DNA of 64,000 bases from the human T2T-CHM13v2.0 reference genome, Homo sapiens. Where the stretch lies: the NCBI RefSeq assembly GCF_009914755.1, contig NC_060934.1; one strand, 5' to 3'. Position 1 is the first letter of the stretch, and each line of letters starts with the position of its first letter. The notes beneath the pieces were generated by a model. That model searched no databases, was not told where the DNA came from, and saw only the letters and a list, made by a program, of their open reading frames with translations. The position numbers and the translations under genes are program-made. Below, one piece after another: positions 29,923-45,260 of the stretch.

Positions 29923-30570
29923 GTTGATTGGAAGCTCTGAGCCTGGGAATGAGGTGTGAAAGTGACAGGTTTCTTGCAAGGTGCTCAGGTCTTTTCTCTT
30001 GGGCCACTCACACTCTCTAGAGAAGGATCTTCCATCTTCTGCCTGGAGGTAATAGTTCTGCCCGCCAGAGTTCTAGAGACTGATTACAATTTTTCATTCA
30101 TTTAGGTAAATGTTTATTTAACTTCCTGGAATGCCACTCCAACCCTCAACTCTCTCTGGTGTTCCCCCACATTCCATCCTAGCTACAGCTCAAGATTTCT
30201 GCTATGGCCGTAGCGATGGTGGCAGTGGCTCTAGGAAACTAATCACTTCTTAAATACTCAGTGTTTTGTGCTGCCTTCATCCCTCCTTCCAGAGGTACCT
30301 GACACTGCCAAGCCTGGCACATTTTTCCCTGTAAGTCAGGTTGTTTCCTGCCTTTTCCCATTTCGTCTTTAGGAGTCAGTTTTCTTGGGTCAGTTGCCAT
30401 TGGTCCATCTGTTTCCAGAATCCAGAATTTTGTTACAGTTGCCCTTTCCCCAGTCTGTTTGTCCCTGTGGGTTTATGTGTTAAGAAAAATTAAATCTCTT
30501 TACAGTTCATTTAGAAGGGTTTTGGAGGGAGAGTAAGAAACTGTGGGTGTTTGATCTGCCATCTTTACTG
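29923..30570 (-). mobile_element. L1ME continuation (right part of interrupted element)
   Basis: gttgattggaagctctg...ggtcttttctcttgggcc...agagaaggatcttccatcttctgcctggagg continues the element broken at 28025. Confidence 0.65.
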
Positions 30571-31859
30571 AGAAGTCGCTCCCTCTCCTTTGGGTAGGTT
30601 CCATAGCCATCTGGACACTGCCCTGCTCCTCTGGACCGCTTGTCCACTCACTGCTTTTGTCTGAATGTAAATACTTGAAACTAAGTCCTCAATTAACCAC
30701 ACATAAGCAGTAGCTGGGGTTCCCCTTTCCCTTCTCACATCTGTGACCTCTGGGCTCCCAGCATCTTCCAATCTTTCCCCTTCCACAGATGTTCCTCCTG
30801 CGTATGTCTGAGGCATGGGTTTTCTGCAAGCTTTTTCTTTTCCCTGTGTTGATCTGATCCATTTCGATTCTTTCAGGAGTTAAAAAAAAATTCTTGTCCT
30901 CTGATGGCACTTTTTCTCATTGTTATTCATACCAGTTATAGTTTTATTATTAAAATATTTTTTCCTACATTTCATGAGATTTCTGGTGGAACTGGGGATA
31001 GTTGCAAGTGCTTAGTCAGCCTTCTCCTCCAGTTCTGAAGTTTAAACTATTTAAGCCTCCACCTTTTTGGTGGTTAGGGCAAGGTGGAGTTTATGGAAAA
31101 CTTAGAAAGGTCTTTGCCACACCAAGATTATTCACCCATATTTTCTTCTAGTACTTTTGTGGGTTTTTAAAATATTTACATCTTTGGTTCATTTAAAATT
31201 CCATATGATGTTAGTTGTATACCGGAATTTAGATTTCTTTTCAAATGTTTAGCTTTTTGTTCAAACATTAGCTATTGACTAATTTTCTGATTTGAAATAC
31301 ACACTTTGTTAATTTGTATAGCTTTATAATAGGTTTTATTGTTTCATAGGTTAAGTTCTTCTTAAGTCTTTTAAAATTATTTCTTGGTATAATTTTTTCC
31401 ATTAAATAAAATTTTGAAGTTTGGCCAAATCAAAAAAAATCTCACTTGAATTTGGGTATGCCTGCATTACTTTTCTATTCATTTAGGGAGCATTAGCATT
31501 TTAATGCATTAAAAGCCATATTTCAACTACTGGGATGGATCTAAGTTATCTAGTCAGTTGAAGTAATCATTTACTTTAAGATGTAATAAAATTGTTTCAA
31601 CATCCCAAGTCACACCTGATAGAAGTCTCAGCACGCTTTCCAGGCTCTCTGGGGTGTCACGGCAGTCAAAGGGGTTGGTGTTTATTTTTCCCGGAGTCAG
31701 TTCCATATTCCTGCTTCCATGGAATTCTTGATCTCCAGTCTGGCTCTGACCCCCGCACATCTGTCCTTTCTCCAGTCCACAACACTCCACTGGAAACCAT
31801 CTGATCTTTTCACTGGCACTAACTCAAGGCCATGTGCATGGTAGATAGGCAACATCAGG

Positions 31860-32105
31860 GTAGTGTTACAAATCTGAGCCCTGGAGTCAGAATGTCTGGG
31901 TCAACAGCTTGACTTCACACTTGTAAGCTATGCACTTGATCAAGTTACTTAATGTCTCTCTGCCTTAATTCCTCATCTGTAAGGTAGGAAAATAGGATTT
32001 TTGTGATAATTAAATGTAGAAAGTTAAAGTGTTAAAGAGTTAAAGTGCTCAGGGCAGTGTCTGGCAAGTAGGTGCTCAATAAATATGAGCTGTTATAATT
32101 ATCAT
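31860..32105 (+). mobile_element. MIR
   Basis: ctggagtcagaatgtctgggtc...caagttacttaatgtctctctgccttaattcctcatctgtaag. Confidence 0.8.
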
Positions 32106-33289
32106 CGAAGGTTTGGAGGCTATGGAAATGGGTTACATAAAAACACAGCGCAACAAATGACTATAAACTGAATATTGGAAGTGTATTCTTAAAACTCCTT
32201 CTACTTGTCTTTTATTACAAAAGGAAGGTTCCCTCTCTCTCTTTAAGCCCCAGCTGGGCCCCTAACTTTGATCTCGTCCCTTCTCCTCCCTGTTTTTCAA
32301 CTCTAGTCAAATCTCACTCTCTTAATTAGTCCATTATAGTTTCCAAGGCATGAGGACTTATCTTTCCAATACTTAACCAGCTCATCATTTGTTTGGCTAA
32401 ACAAAACCAGCTCAGGCTGCAAAAAAAAAGAGCTTATCTTCCCTTTAGACTATAGAAGAATATAAAAGAATGTAGTTCAAAAACTAACAATGATTTTCCT
32501 GCACTTCGTAAAGAGAGCATATCTAAAAGGTACAGCTCTCCATTTTCTCAAAACTCTTTTTCTGCCCATGAATAGAATTTTGTTGTTTTCTCTATATAGC
32601 ACGTCTTATGGTTACTATATATAAATTGTTATTATGAGTAGAATTTTTATTCACTATATTTTCTTACTGGTTATTGTTAGTATGAAAGAAAGTTATTGCT
32701 TCTTTGTACATTTATTTTGAAACTAGAGTCATATTACCACTGTTTCATATAGTTTCTAATAGCTTTCTCAGTTTTATTGTCTTGGATTTTCTCTGGCATA
32801 TAATCATTTTATCTGCAAATAATGACAATTTTGTTTGCTCATTTCCAGTATTTTCACCACTTATTTTGGTTTATTGTGCTGGCTTGGACAGACATTATGT
32901 AACCGTGATTATAATGATCACTGATAGTGCTGGTTCTATTTGCTAATATTTTGTTTAGGGTTTATAAATGAAATGGCTGTAGTTTTCTTTTTAGTATAAT
33001 TTTGATAGATTTTGTTATAATACTTTGCTGGCTTTATAAAAACAAGAAAAGCAAAAAGGAGTAGCTCTTTTTTCTCTGAGTTCTAAAATAATTTAAATAA
33101 TTCTTGTGTTACCTATTCGTTGATGGTTTGATCTGTGTGGACTATATGGGCCTGGCCACTTTTAGGATAAGGTTCTTCACAATCATCTTATAGCCTATTT
33201 TAGGTTTCCTATTTCTACTTCATATAGAGAACTTATTTTTCTAAAATAATTATCTATATCACCCAAGTTTTAAAATTTATTTGCACAGT

Positions 33290-33802
33290 TTTTCTTTATA
33301 TACTTTAAGTTTTAGGGTACATGTGAACAATGTGCAGGTTAGTTACATATGTATACATGTGCCATGTTGGTGTGCTGCACCCATTAACTCGTCATTTAAC
33401 ATTAGGTATATCTCCTAATGCTATCCCTCCCCCCTCCCCCCACCCCACAACAGGCCCCGGTGTGTGATGTTTCCCTTCCAGTGTCCATGTGTTCTCATTG
33501 TTCAATTCCCACCTATGAGTGAGAACACGCGGTGTTTGGTTTTTTGTCCTTGCGATAGTTTGCTGAGAATGATGGTTTCCAGCTTCATCCATGTCCCTAC
33601 AAAGGACATGAACTCATCATTTTTTATGGCTGCCTAGTATTTCATGGTGTATATGTGCCACATTTCCTTGATCCAGTCTATCATTGTTGGACATTTGGTT
33701 TGGTTCCAAGTCTTTGCTATTGTGAATAGTGCCTCAATAAACATACGTGTGCATGTGTCTTTATAGCAGCATGATTTATAATCCTTTGGGTATATACCCA
33801 GC
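33290..33802 (-). mobile_element. 5'-truncated L1PA (PA3/PA4-like) 3' end
   Basis: tatactttaagttttagggtacatgtg...ccctcccccctccccccacccc...gggtatatacccag; degenerate TSD ending ttttcttta. Confidence 0.92.
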
Positions 33803-34566
33803 TTTACAAAGTTTTCTTTAATACTTTAAAAACTTTTCCCTGCATCTGTGGTTATCTATCTTTTCTTTTGACTAGTTTTGGGTATTTGTATTTTCCCACC
33901 TTTTTCCTTTTTTTGACTAAGGTAGGTTATGATTTATTTTCTTATTTTATTTTTTTAAATATGTTGAATTAATTAAACAATTCTATTGCTTTTGGCTTTT
34001 CCAGTTTAAACTCAATTTCACATTTCATATTTATTCTTTCCTTTTGCTTTAGGTTAGATAATCTTTTCCTACATTATTGAGTTTTGTGTTTATTCTATTT
34101 CACTCTTTGTTGAGTAATGACAGAACTTACAGATGTAAGTTTTTGCCTAAGGACAAGTTTAGCTTCAACACATACATTTTAGTGTACAGTAGTCTTGTTA
34201 TTGTTGTTTTAGCAAAACAGGTATTTTAAAGAGACTGGTATATTTCCCAAATGGTTGGCAAGTTACCGTTTGCTTGTTTCTACTTAATTTCTAGCTGTAT
34301 TGCATTTTGGTCAGAAAACGTGATCTTTCCTCTTCCTACATTTTAAGCTATGTTGAGGTTGCCTTCATGGAATGATATGGATTTTATGCTGAGTACACAG
34401 TTAAGATCTGTAATTGTTTCATAAGTACTTGAAAAGAACATACATTCTCTAATGTGATAATGTAACATGTAATATGCATATATAGCATCTGTCAAGGACT
34501 GAGAGAGGTTCAAATTTGCTTCTTTTTCTCACTTGCCCCTTTCATTGATCTAGTTTGTTGTACAAG

Positions 34567-34745
34567 GGAATGGTTCTCAAAGTGTGGTCCCTGGACCAGC
34601 AAGCAACAGCATCACCTCCTTAGAAATGCAAAATCTTGGGCCCTACCCCAGTCCTGTGAATTAGAAACTGGGGCCGGCACTAGCAGTCTGTGTTTTCAGA
34701 AGCTCTCTGGGTGATTAGAATGCACACTCACATTCAAGTACACTA
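34567..34745. mobile_element. MER5A
   Basis: tggttctcaaagtgtggtccctggaccagca...ttagaaatgcaaaatcttgggccc. Confidence 0.8.
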
Positions 34746-35214
34746 GGAGAAGGCATGGGATGTGGATCTCATTTTGTCTTCCTTTGTTCTGAAAAATTAC
34801 TCTCCCCCGTCCCACTTGTTTGTGATGCTCCCCTTTTCAATAACTTAATTCTCTTTATAAACTATTCATTCTGTACCATTAATCTGTGTCACACTGTTTT
34901 AATTTTTATAGTTAATAATCAAAGGCAGGCAAATTGGAATTCGGTATTATGTTTTTCCTATTAAATTTGCAAAGATTTAAAAACTCAATAATTTTCAGTG
35001 TTGGCAAAAATACAACGAACAAGACACTCTCATACAGTGGTGGTGAGAATGTAAAGTGATACATTTTTTCCTGAAAAGAACTTATGGCAATACGTCTAAA
35101 ATATCTTTGCCTCTGCTTCAATAATTCCACCTGTAGACATTCATTCTAAGGAAATAATCAGAATTGGTTTAAAAATTATACTTACATTGTTTTTTGTTTA
35201 CTCTGTTATTTGTT

Positions 35215-35525
35215 TTTAATGAATAGACATTTTTGGAAAAGCTTTCGGTTTATGGAAAAATTGAGCAGAAAATAAAGTGTTCCCATATGCTCCTCCCTCC
35301 CCAACATTTGCCTTATTACTAACATCTTGTATTAGTATGGTATATTTGTAACAATTGACGACCCAATCTTAATACATTATTAGTAACTAAAGTCCATAGT
35401 TTATATTAGGACCCGCTGTTTATGTTGTACATTCTATGGGTTTTCCCAAATCTGTGACATGTACAGACCATGACAGCATCATTCAGAATAGTGTCCTAAA
35501 AATCCCTTGTGCTCCAACTATTTGT
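35215..35525 (-). mobile_element. L1MC/MD-type 3' end fragment
   Basis: aaaattgagcagaaa...taactaaagtccatagtttatattagg...gttgtacattctatgggtttt. Confidence 0.7.
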
Positions 35526-35726
35526 CTTTTTAAATAGAAAAAAATAGAAAGTTCCAACAATATGAGCATGTTTACATAAACTATGATATATTTAATTCAA
35601 CTAAAATATTATGCAACCATTAAAAATCATGTTCCTGCAAAATATTTAATTGACTTGGGGGAAATGTCAATGATATATTACTAAGTTTAAAAAAAGAATA
35701 CAAACTGTATTTGTAATATCATCTGA

Positions 35727-36054
<328 letters not shown>

Positions 36055-36101
36055 TATTATTATTTAAATAATAATATATGTTCATAAAAAATACTCAAAG
36101 G

Positions 36102-36442
<341 letters not shown>

Positions 36443-36739
36443 TTACATCAGAATGCTGAAAAGGTCTGTGAGAAGCTAAAAGTAGCTTGTAGGGTCAGGA
36501 ACACTGCCTCTGGCATCAGCCACCTGAGAACTGCTTGATCTTGGGAAAATCACATTGCTTTCTTTTTTGTCTTTATGAAATTTTCTAAACTAAGGATGGA
36601 TTGTTTTTAGAATGAGAAAAAAACTAATAAAAAAACTACAAATAGTAAAAGAGGAAGTGACAGAGAAGCAAAAGAAGACACAATGGGGCAATAAAGGAGT
36701 TTAAATGGCAACATTTCCTACCCAAAGTGACTGGAAGAG

Positions 36740-37150
36740 AAAAGAGAAGTCATTGACTTGCACAGCCAAAACTACTAGAGGGCTGGCCCGAGGCTCAGCT
36801 TGGGGCAGGGCTCCAATGGTGAGCCTCATGCCCCATTCCCTCTGTCTCTCAGATCACTATCTGGATTTCCCCCTGCAGTAGCCCAGGCCTCACTCACGTC
36901 CTTCCCGCTTCACAAGCTGTGAGAGTTTGCCAGAATTCCCCCCAGTGAAAATTTCATCTCATCTCATTGGTTCTAGTTGAGTCACATGCTCATGTCTCAA
37001 CCAATCAAAGTGGCCAGAGAAAATGCAACTTGTTGAGTGGTTTAAGCCTGGATCCCTCAACCTTCAGAATCAAGGATGAAATCAGCTTCCCCAGAACCAC
37101 GTGGAGTGACATTAAGTAAAAGAGTGATTCCCTAATGGGAACTACTGGGT
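36740..37150. mobile_element. Old MaLR LTR (MLT1J/K/L-like)
   Basis: ctcattggttctagttgagtcacatgctcatgtctcaaccaatcaaagtggccaga. Confidence 0.55.
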
Positions 37151-38292
37151 GGCAATTAACAAAAGATGCTCTTTGTCCCTGAAGGGAGGTGGCTCCACAG
37201 CTCTGCCAGACGTTTTGGGTGAATCTCTGCAGCACCCATGTCACTCCTGAAGTAGTTTTAGGGGTATTTGTTTTCACGCCCACAGTAGAGGTGGCTGTAT
37301 TGGTTTGTGCTGAACCAAGACCTGACCAGGCAGCAAATGACTGGTCCTCAGGACACTGGGACCACAGGCTTATTGTTAACATCTTTCAGTTTGTGCTTTC
37401 AGCATTTCACATCAAAAGGATTTTATAAAATGCCCTTTTTAAACTTTCTGAGACTATTAGTCTGAGTATTGGGAGGCACAGAGACGGCATCCCTGAGGCA
37501 GGGGTTAGGGGATGGGAGATCTTCTTTTCTGTGTAACTGAAGTGCAGTGATGTCTTTTATGACCTCCCCAAAGACAAAAGATGAGTATAACAATACTCTT
37601 GCCAATTTGCTGGAAAGTTTATCGTTTTTAGTTTCACAGCTGGAGATCCTCAGCCCATTTCATTATCCTTGGGCTAAACAGAGTCCTCATTTTATGGCTG
37701 TTGTGAAACTGTATTCTTGGAACAATGACAACCTCTGACTCCTCTAAAGTCATGGCCAGTTGAACTCCCTTGTGTCATTGGGATTGGCAATAAAAACAGG
37801 TTGGATACTAAGCAGATACACCTGCCGCTCAGGCATCTCTCAGGTGCCAAAAGATAGACTGATTGTGTGGACCAAGCTCCATGCTCTGGGACGAAGGGAA
37901 TAGAATTGAATTCCCTTGGGAGGTTGAAGCTTCAGGGAGTATAGATCAAATAAACCTCCCTTCTGTGTAGGCTGTCCTTCCATCTGACAGTGAAATGATC
38001 CAGTTTTCTTGGGCTATGAATATGGACAGACCTTTAGCCCCACCTTAGCCAACACATGAAAAAGTATATAATCCTGGCAGGAACCCATATAGAAGAAGGC
38101 ACTAGACCAGGCCATCTGCACCTTGTCATTTCTTTAATAAAATGGGATTTCATTACCTCGGCCCTGTCAGTATTTTTATCTTGCCTCTGCCTCTTTACAC
38201 TTGGAGGGGGTTGCTGGGTTACCTGAAAAGAGACTGTTTTTCAAAGCAAAATACTGCATTACTATTACTAATATCACTATTAGTAATAGTAA

Positions 38293-40128
38293 TGTGTCCG
38301 GAATTGGTGGGTTCTTGGTCTCACTGACTTCAAGAATGAAGCCGCGGACCCTCGCCGTGACTGTTACAGCTCTTAAGGTGGCACGTCTTGAGTCTGTCCC
38401 TTCTGATGTTCAGATGTGTTCGGAGTTTCTTCCTTCTGGTGGGTTCGTGGTCTCGCTGGGCTCAGGAATGAAACTGCAGACCTTCGCAGTGAGTGTTACA
38501 GCTCTTAAGGCAGCGCATCTGGAGTTGTTCGTTCCTCCCAGTGGGCTCGTGGTCTCGCTGGGCTCAGGAGTGAAGCTGCAGATCTTTGCAGTGAGTGTTA
38601 TAGTTCACAAAAGCAGCGTGGACCCAAAGAGTGAGCAGTAGCAAGATTTATTGCAAAGAGCGAAAGAACAAAGCCTCCACTGTGTGCAAGGGGACCCGAG
38701 CTGATTGCCAATGCTGACCTGGGCAGCCTGCTTTTATTCTCTTATCTGGCCCCACCCACATCCTGCTGATTGGTAGAGCCCAGTGGCCTGTTTTGTCAGG
38801 GCGCTGACTGGTGCGTTTACAATCCCTGAGCTAGATACAAAGGTTCTCCAAGTCCCCATCAGATTAGTTAGATACAGAGTTTTGACACACAGGTTCTCCA
38901 AGGCCCCACCAGAGCAGCTAGATACAGAGTGTCGATTGGTGCATTCACAAACCTTGAGCTAAACACAGGGTGCTGATTGGTGTGTTTACAAACCTTGAGC
39001 TAGATACAGAGTGCCGATTGGTGTATTTACAATCCCTGAGCTAGACATAAAGGTTCTCCACGTCCCCACCAGAGCAGCTAGATACAGAGTGTCGATTGGT
39101 GCACTCACAAACCTTGAGCTAAACACAGGGTGCTGATTGGTGTATTTACAATCCCTGAGCTAGACATAAAGGTTTTCCAAGGCCCCACCAGAGCAGCTAG
39201 ATACAGTGTCGATTGGTGCACTCACAAACCTTGAGCTAAACACAGGGTGCTGATTGGTGTGTTTACAAACCTTGAGCTAGATACAGAGTGCCGATTGGTG
39301 TATTTACAATCCCTGAGCTAGACATAAAGGTTCTCCACATCCCCACCAGAGCAGCTAGATACAGAGTGTGGATTGGTGCATTCACAAACCTTGAGCTAAA
39401 CACAGGGTGCTGATTGGTGTATTTACAATCCCTGAGCTAGATATAAAGACTCTCCACGTCCCCACCAGACTCAGGAGCCCAGCTGGCTTCACCTAGTGGA
39501 TCCCACACTGGGGCTGCAGGTAGAGCTGCCTGCCAGTCCTGTGCCGTGCACTCGCATTCCTCAGCCCTTGGGTGATCGATGGGACTGAGCACCATGGAGC
39601 AGGGGGTGGTGCTCGTTGGGGAGGCTCAGGCTGCACAGGAGCCCATGGAGGGGGTGGGAGACTCAGGCATGGCGGGCTGCAGGTCCCGAGCCCTGCCCCG
39701 CGGGAAGGCAGCTAAGGCTCGGTGAGAAATCGAGCTCAGCGCCGATGGGCTGGCACTGCTGGGGGACCCAGTACACCCTCCGCAGCCGCTGGCCCGGGTG
39801 CTAAGTCCCTCATTGCCCGGGGCCAGCAGGGCTGGCCGGCTGCTCCGAGTGCGGGGCCTGCCAAGCCCACGCCCACCCGGAACTCCAGCTGGCTCGCAAG
39901 TGCCGCAGGCAGCCCCCGTTCCCGCTCACGCCTCTCCCTCCACACCTCCCTGCAAGCTGAGGGAGTGGGCTCCAGCCTTGGCCAGCCCAGAAAAAGGCTC
40001 CCACAGTGCAGTGGGGGGGGGGGGGGGCTGAAGGGCTCCTCAAATGCCACCAAAGTGGGAGCCCAGGCAGGGGAGGTGCCGAGAGCAAGCGAGGGCTCTG
40101 AGGACTGCCAGCACGCTGTCACCTCTCA
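38293..40128 (-). mobile_element. Solo LTR12C (ERV9 LTR)
   Basis: Minus strand starts TGAGAGGTGACAGCGTGCTGGCAGTCCTCAGAGCCC and ends ccaattccggacaca; 4-bp TSD gtaa (38289-38292 / 40129-40132). Confidence 0.95.
38695..39460 (-). promoter_or_regulatory. ERV9 U3 enhancer/promoter: tandem NF-Y (CCAAT) and GATA repeats with AATAAAAG TATA-like box
   Basis: 11 intact ATTGG on plus strand in tandem units with agata motifs; cttttatt at 38731-38738. Confidence 0.75.
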
Positions 40129-41539
40129 GTAATAGCACAGCCCCATCCTTGCTGTACATTGTGGACATTATCTTGACTCCTCACAATAACTCTCCAAGGT
40201 AGGTCTCATAGTCACCATTTTAAATGGGAGGAAACTAAGGCTATGTCTTGTTAGGTAATTTACCCAGTTCATACAGTTCTATGTGATAGAACTGGAGTTT
40301 GGAAACTAAGCCTGACAATGCCAAATACTTTGTTTCTTCTCCTCATTATCAATAGCTGACTAAAATGTAATTTTGTCAACCTGATCTTGAAAAAATTTAG
40401 CCTGATTTTATTTTTATCTGTTATTCCTAAATTAAGCAGCCTCAGTGGCATTACAAGCCGAATCCTTGAGGTGACTGGTCACCAGAAGGAATCCAGCCTT
40501 CTCCATGCATAATCACTCTACAGCAGCCTTCCAGACCCATCCATGGGAATCCTTTTCTTGAGGTCTGGGCAAAACCACTCCAAGAACAAACCCCCCAATC
40601 TCCATCAGAGCTTCTCTGCCCCGTATTTGTCTGACCCCTCAGTTCAGCAGTGATGATGACCAGGGCAAGTCAAATCTATGTCTGAGCCTGTGGCCTGACC
40701 CCATTGTTTGTACTTATCCGATGTGAAATGCTAGTACTTGCTTTGCAATTTTACATTTTGATGCAAGTGAAAGGTTTGAACCAGCTGTTTAAAAAAACAA
40801 ATAGCTTTAAACCCCATTGTAAAGTGATGACCTCATGTAGGAAAACTGGTTGGGCTCCTGCCCTAGGAGGGGCTGGGGGTAGGTTCCCCATAGACAAGCT
40901 GCTCCTTGTGAACCACTCAGAAGCTGGCTCTTGCTCAGCGGCTGTGGATGAGCCATGAGAGCCACATCTGTTTTTAAATCTTCAAGATGAATGGAGTTGA
41001 ATTTTCTATTCTTTAAATGTGGAGAAGAAAAGAACAAAACGCTTCCTGTCAGTGAAGTCCTGTGTTTCTAAGTGGGGTAACTTCTTTTTTATTGAACGAA
41101 AGCTTTTCAAGAAGCATTCCAAAGAGGATATACCAGAATCTGGAACTGGCATATGAAAATATCACCTCTAGGGAACAATTCATAAAACCACCAATTACTC
41201 CGTGGACTCCTTTTGGCTCTGTCCTTGCTTTAGATGATAGGTACATTCTCACACCCCTGAGCTCCTCAGAAAAGCAGGAGGGATCCCTTTGTGCCCTCGT
41301 TTATACCCTGCTAGAGGTTAAGCATAGATGATACACTGTCACCTCACTGGAACATTTTAAACTTGAAAAAAAAAAAAAAGAGAAAGAAAACCTATTAAAA
41401 TTGTCAACATTCCCACAGTAATTGAGTTTTCTAAATTCATTCAATAGCTAGTTTATTCATTTAATCAACCATTTTTTGAGTCCCTACTATATGCCAAATG
41501 CTGCTGTAGGGTGAAGAGTTGAAGATATAAGATCCATTA

Positions 41540-42202
<663 letters not shown>

Positions 42203-43958
42203 TACCTGTACTCAAGTCGACAGTCTAGCAGAAGAGGAAGAGAAATAGATAACTTGAAGTCCATGTGGTCAGCTATGCTCAGGACACTGGGGGATAGGCC
42301 TGGGGGTAGGGAAGGAAGTGATGACCAAAGATGGCTTCCTGTAAGAAGAAACCCCAATCTGAGCTTTGAAGGACACGATGGGGTTAGCAAAACGTTTAAG
42401 ACAGAAGAAGCAGCCTGTACAAAGGTGGAGGAGTGAGACAGGAGATAGGAGATGTATTGCAGGGGCTGTGGGGGCCAGGGCACGATGCTGGTTTATGATA
42501 GTGTTATCCCTGTGATAAGTCCCACACCTTTGGTCCATGGGAGCATCTCAGCACTGGGAGGCATCTGTGCATGTGTCTCCTCATAGCTGTAGACTCTCTG
42601 AAGATGTCTCTATGGATGTGGACACTCTTCCCCTGCATGTTATGACTGTCTGTTTCACACTTTCCAAAGCACATGCACACACATGCAGGCTTCCACACAG
42701 AAATTTCAAACAGATTGTTATTTAATGACTACAGTCATTCATCCAAACCTACACTACTGGTTGGGTGTTTGGTCTGTCTTATCTCCATTTATAGCACAGA
42801 GAAAGGTATCATCAACCAGCCTTCAAGATGTCATCTCAGAGGCCTTCCCTCTACTGGTAGGGAACCCCCCGCCCCAACACCTCTCTACACTTTCTCCCCT
42901 CCAGAACTTCTGCCTGTTTAACTCTTTTCCTCTAACAATGTCCCCACATCCCTTCTTATTCTGGCTACTCTCACCCTCAGGCAAAAGTCAGCAAGTGGCT
43001 TGTCCTTTTGGCACTCACAGCCTCCCTGGATCAGTGTTGAGTGAAGAAAGCCCTTCCCTCCTCAGCCAGGTGAAGGAAGGGAGAGCTTTGGGTCAGGAAG
43101 CTGTGTGTGGCTGGTGAAGATGATCATTTACTCCTGGTTGTGCTTTTCCTGATTTTTCCTTTGGTGCCTCTTACTATCTCTGGAAAATAAAAAAACACAC
43201 AACTTACGCCAGGAGCATGAGATCTCTGCCAAGAAGCCCTGTTGAATCCTTTGAGAGTCACAATCTCTCCGAGTAATTCTGAACTTATTGGTCCAGACAT
43301 GGATTTATCCCTCTACTCATCTTCATCTTCTTTGTGAAGCCCCCTTCCATTCATGCCACCCTAATGGAAGTGTCCAGTCATTCTTTCTTAATTCTCCCTG
43401 ATTGGAGGGAAGAAGCGTTGTCCAATCACACACCAAACAAAATTAGTAATCTTAAGGGGTTCCATGCATGAATACCTGCTAGGTGCTAACCACAGGGTTC
43501 AATTTTGTTCATTACTCAGTGGCTAGCACGGTGTCGGGCACACACAAGTTCTTCACTAAAGCGAAGTTCTTCAATAAAGAAATGATTCCCAACACTCACA
43601 ATGAACCTGGAAGTTAGGTATGATTATTTCCAATTTATAAATGAGAAGGCTAAGGCTCAGAAAGATTACCATAGTCATTTAGCTGATAAATGGTAGTTTG
43701 GTTCCTAACAAAGGTCTTTCTGGCCCCAAAGCTCATGCTTTTTCCAGAAAACCATGAAGTCATCCACCTGCCAACTCACTAAATATAGTTCATTATGTCA
43801 ATAAAGATTAACCCTTTACATGGACACTTAACTGCAATGGTCTTGGTGCTGCATAACGAAGCTGTGGACTTGGGCAACTCTTCATGACCCAACTTGCTAC
43901 TTCTGAGTTGCCTCCCTCTCTAGAGTTTGTCTCCTTCAGCCTATTCAATGCAGCACCT

Positions 43959-43994
43959 ATTCATTCATTCATTCATTCATTCATTCATTCATTC
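43959..43994. repeat. (TTCA)n repeat, probably an L2 tail
   Basis: About 8-9 ATTC units followed by L2-like sequence. Confidence 0.85.
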
Positions 43995-44469
43995 CACAAA
44001 TTTTCTGGAAGTATCTACCATATGCTAGATGCTAGAGATACAAAAATGAGTCCAACAGCTCCTGCCTTCAAGGACACTAGAATTCATCACAGTATATTAG
44101 TCGCCTATGTGACTACCTTAAGGACAGAGAGAGTTGTATGATTTTTGTGGTTGTTTCCAGCTCCCAACAGAAGACCTGGCTGATGAGAGGCCCTCAGTAA
44201 GTGTTGGCTGTATTGGATTGATATGGTGTCTAATGTAATGATGAGTGTTATATATAAAGCTATGTTCCATGAGCCACAGGCATTCTTTTGGGGACATGCA
44301 TATTAATTATTTTTTTCAGATCATTGAGCTGTCATTCAATAAATGACACAACTGCCTTAATATAGAAAATTGCTAGAGGAGCTAGATTTATTTTCTTTCC
44401 TCACACTAAGAAGCAATTGTAGTAATTCCTTATGCAATAAACCAGTAAGAACTAATTTAATTTAAAAAA

Positions 44470-45260
44470 ATTTTTTAAACTGGATTACACACAAATATGG
44501 TAGAAAGTTTTAAAAACTTACAAAAGGATATAACATTAAAAATAAGTCTCCCACTTCTGGCCCTAGGCACCCAGCTTTCATCCTTAGAATGCACGGCTAT
44601 TACCAGATTTCTTGAATATTATTCCAGAGATCTTCTGTAGGCACACAAGAATAAATATGTGTACTTCTATGCATGTCTGCACACACTGCCCCCCACACAA
44701 GGTGGTATACTTCGCACAATGTTCTAGACTTTGCTTTGTTCATTTAATGCTGTGCCCTAAAGACCTTTTCATGTTATGACATAGATATTATTCTCATTTT
44801 TAAATGACTGTTATACGGATTGTACCATCTTATCCATTCCTTCATTAAGGTACATTCAGGTTGTTTCCAAATGTTTGTTTTATTACTAACAAAGCCACAG
44901 TAAATTTCCTTATCCATATATCATTTTGCACTCTAACAGCTGTGAGATAAATTCCCAGATGCAAAATGTAAATAAATTTATTTCACTTTTAAAATTTAAA
45001 TTTAAAATGTATTATTATAATAAATAAAATTGAATACATTCCCAGAAGTGCTGGCCAAAGGATATATGCATTTTAAGATAAATAAGATGCATTTAACGTA
45101 AATGACATAGCCTAATTGCTCTACACAGCAGTTGTGCTAATTTGCACTCCTATAGCAATGCATGACAGAAATTTTCTCCTATGGTCAAGACGACTGACTT
45201 ACCAAATTTTTTTGATCTATGCTAATCTCATTGCAATTTTCATGTTCCTTTATCTTATTA
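44470..45260 (-). mobile_element. L1ME 3' fragment
   Basis: cattcaggttgtttccaaatgtttgttttattactaacaaagccacagtaaa...tatcattttgcac. Confidence 0.6.

Noticed and set aside
38760-39460. Regular repeat array superficially like CRISPR
   Set aside because: Tandem ERV9 U3 enhancer units with no unique spacers, in eukaryotic DNA
38201-40132. ORFs of 128-146 aa around the LTR
   Set aside because: Read-through of GC-rich LTR12C sequence
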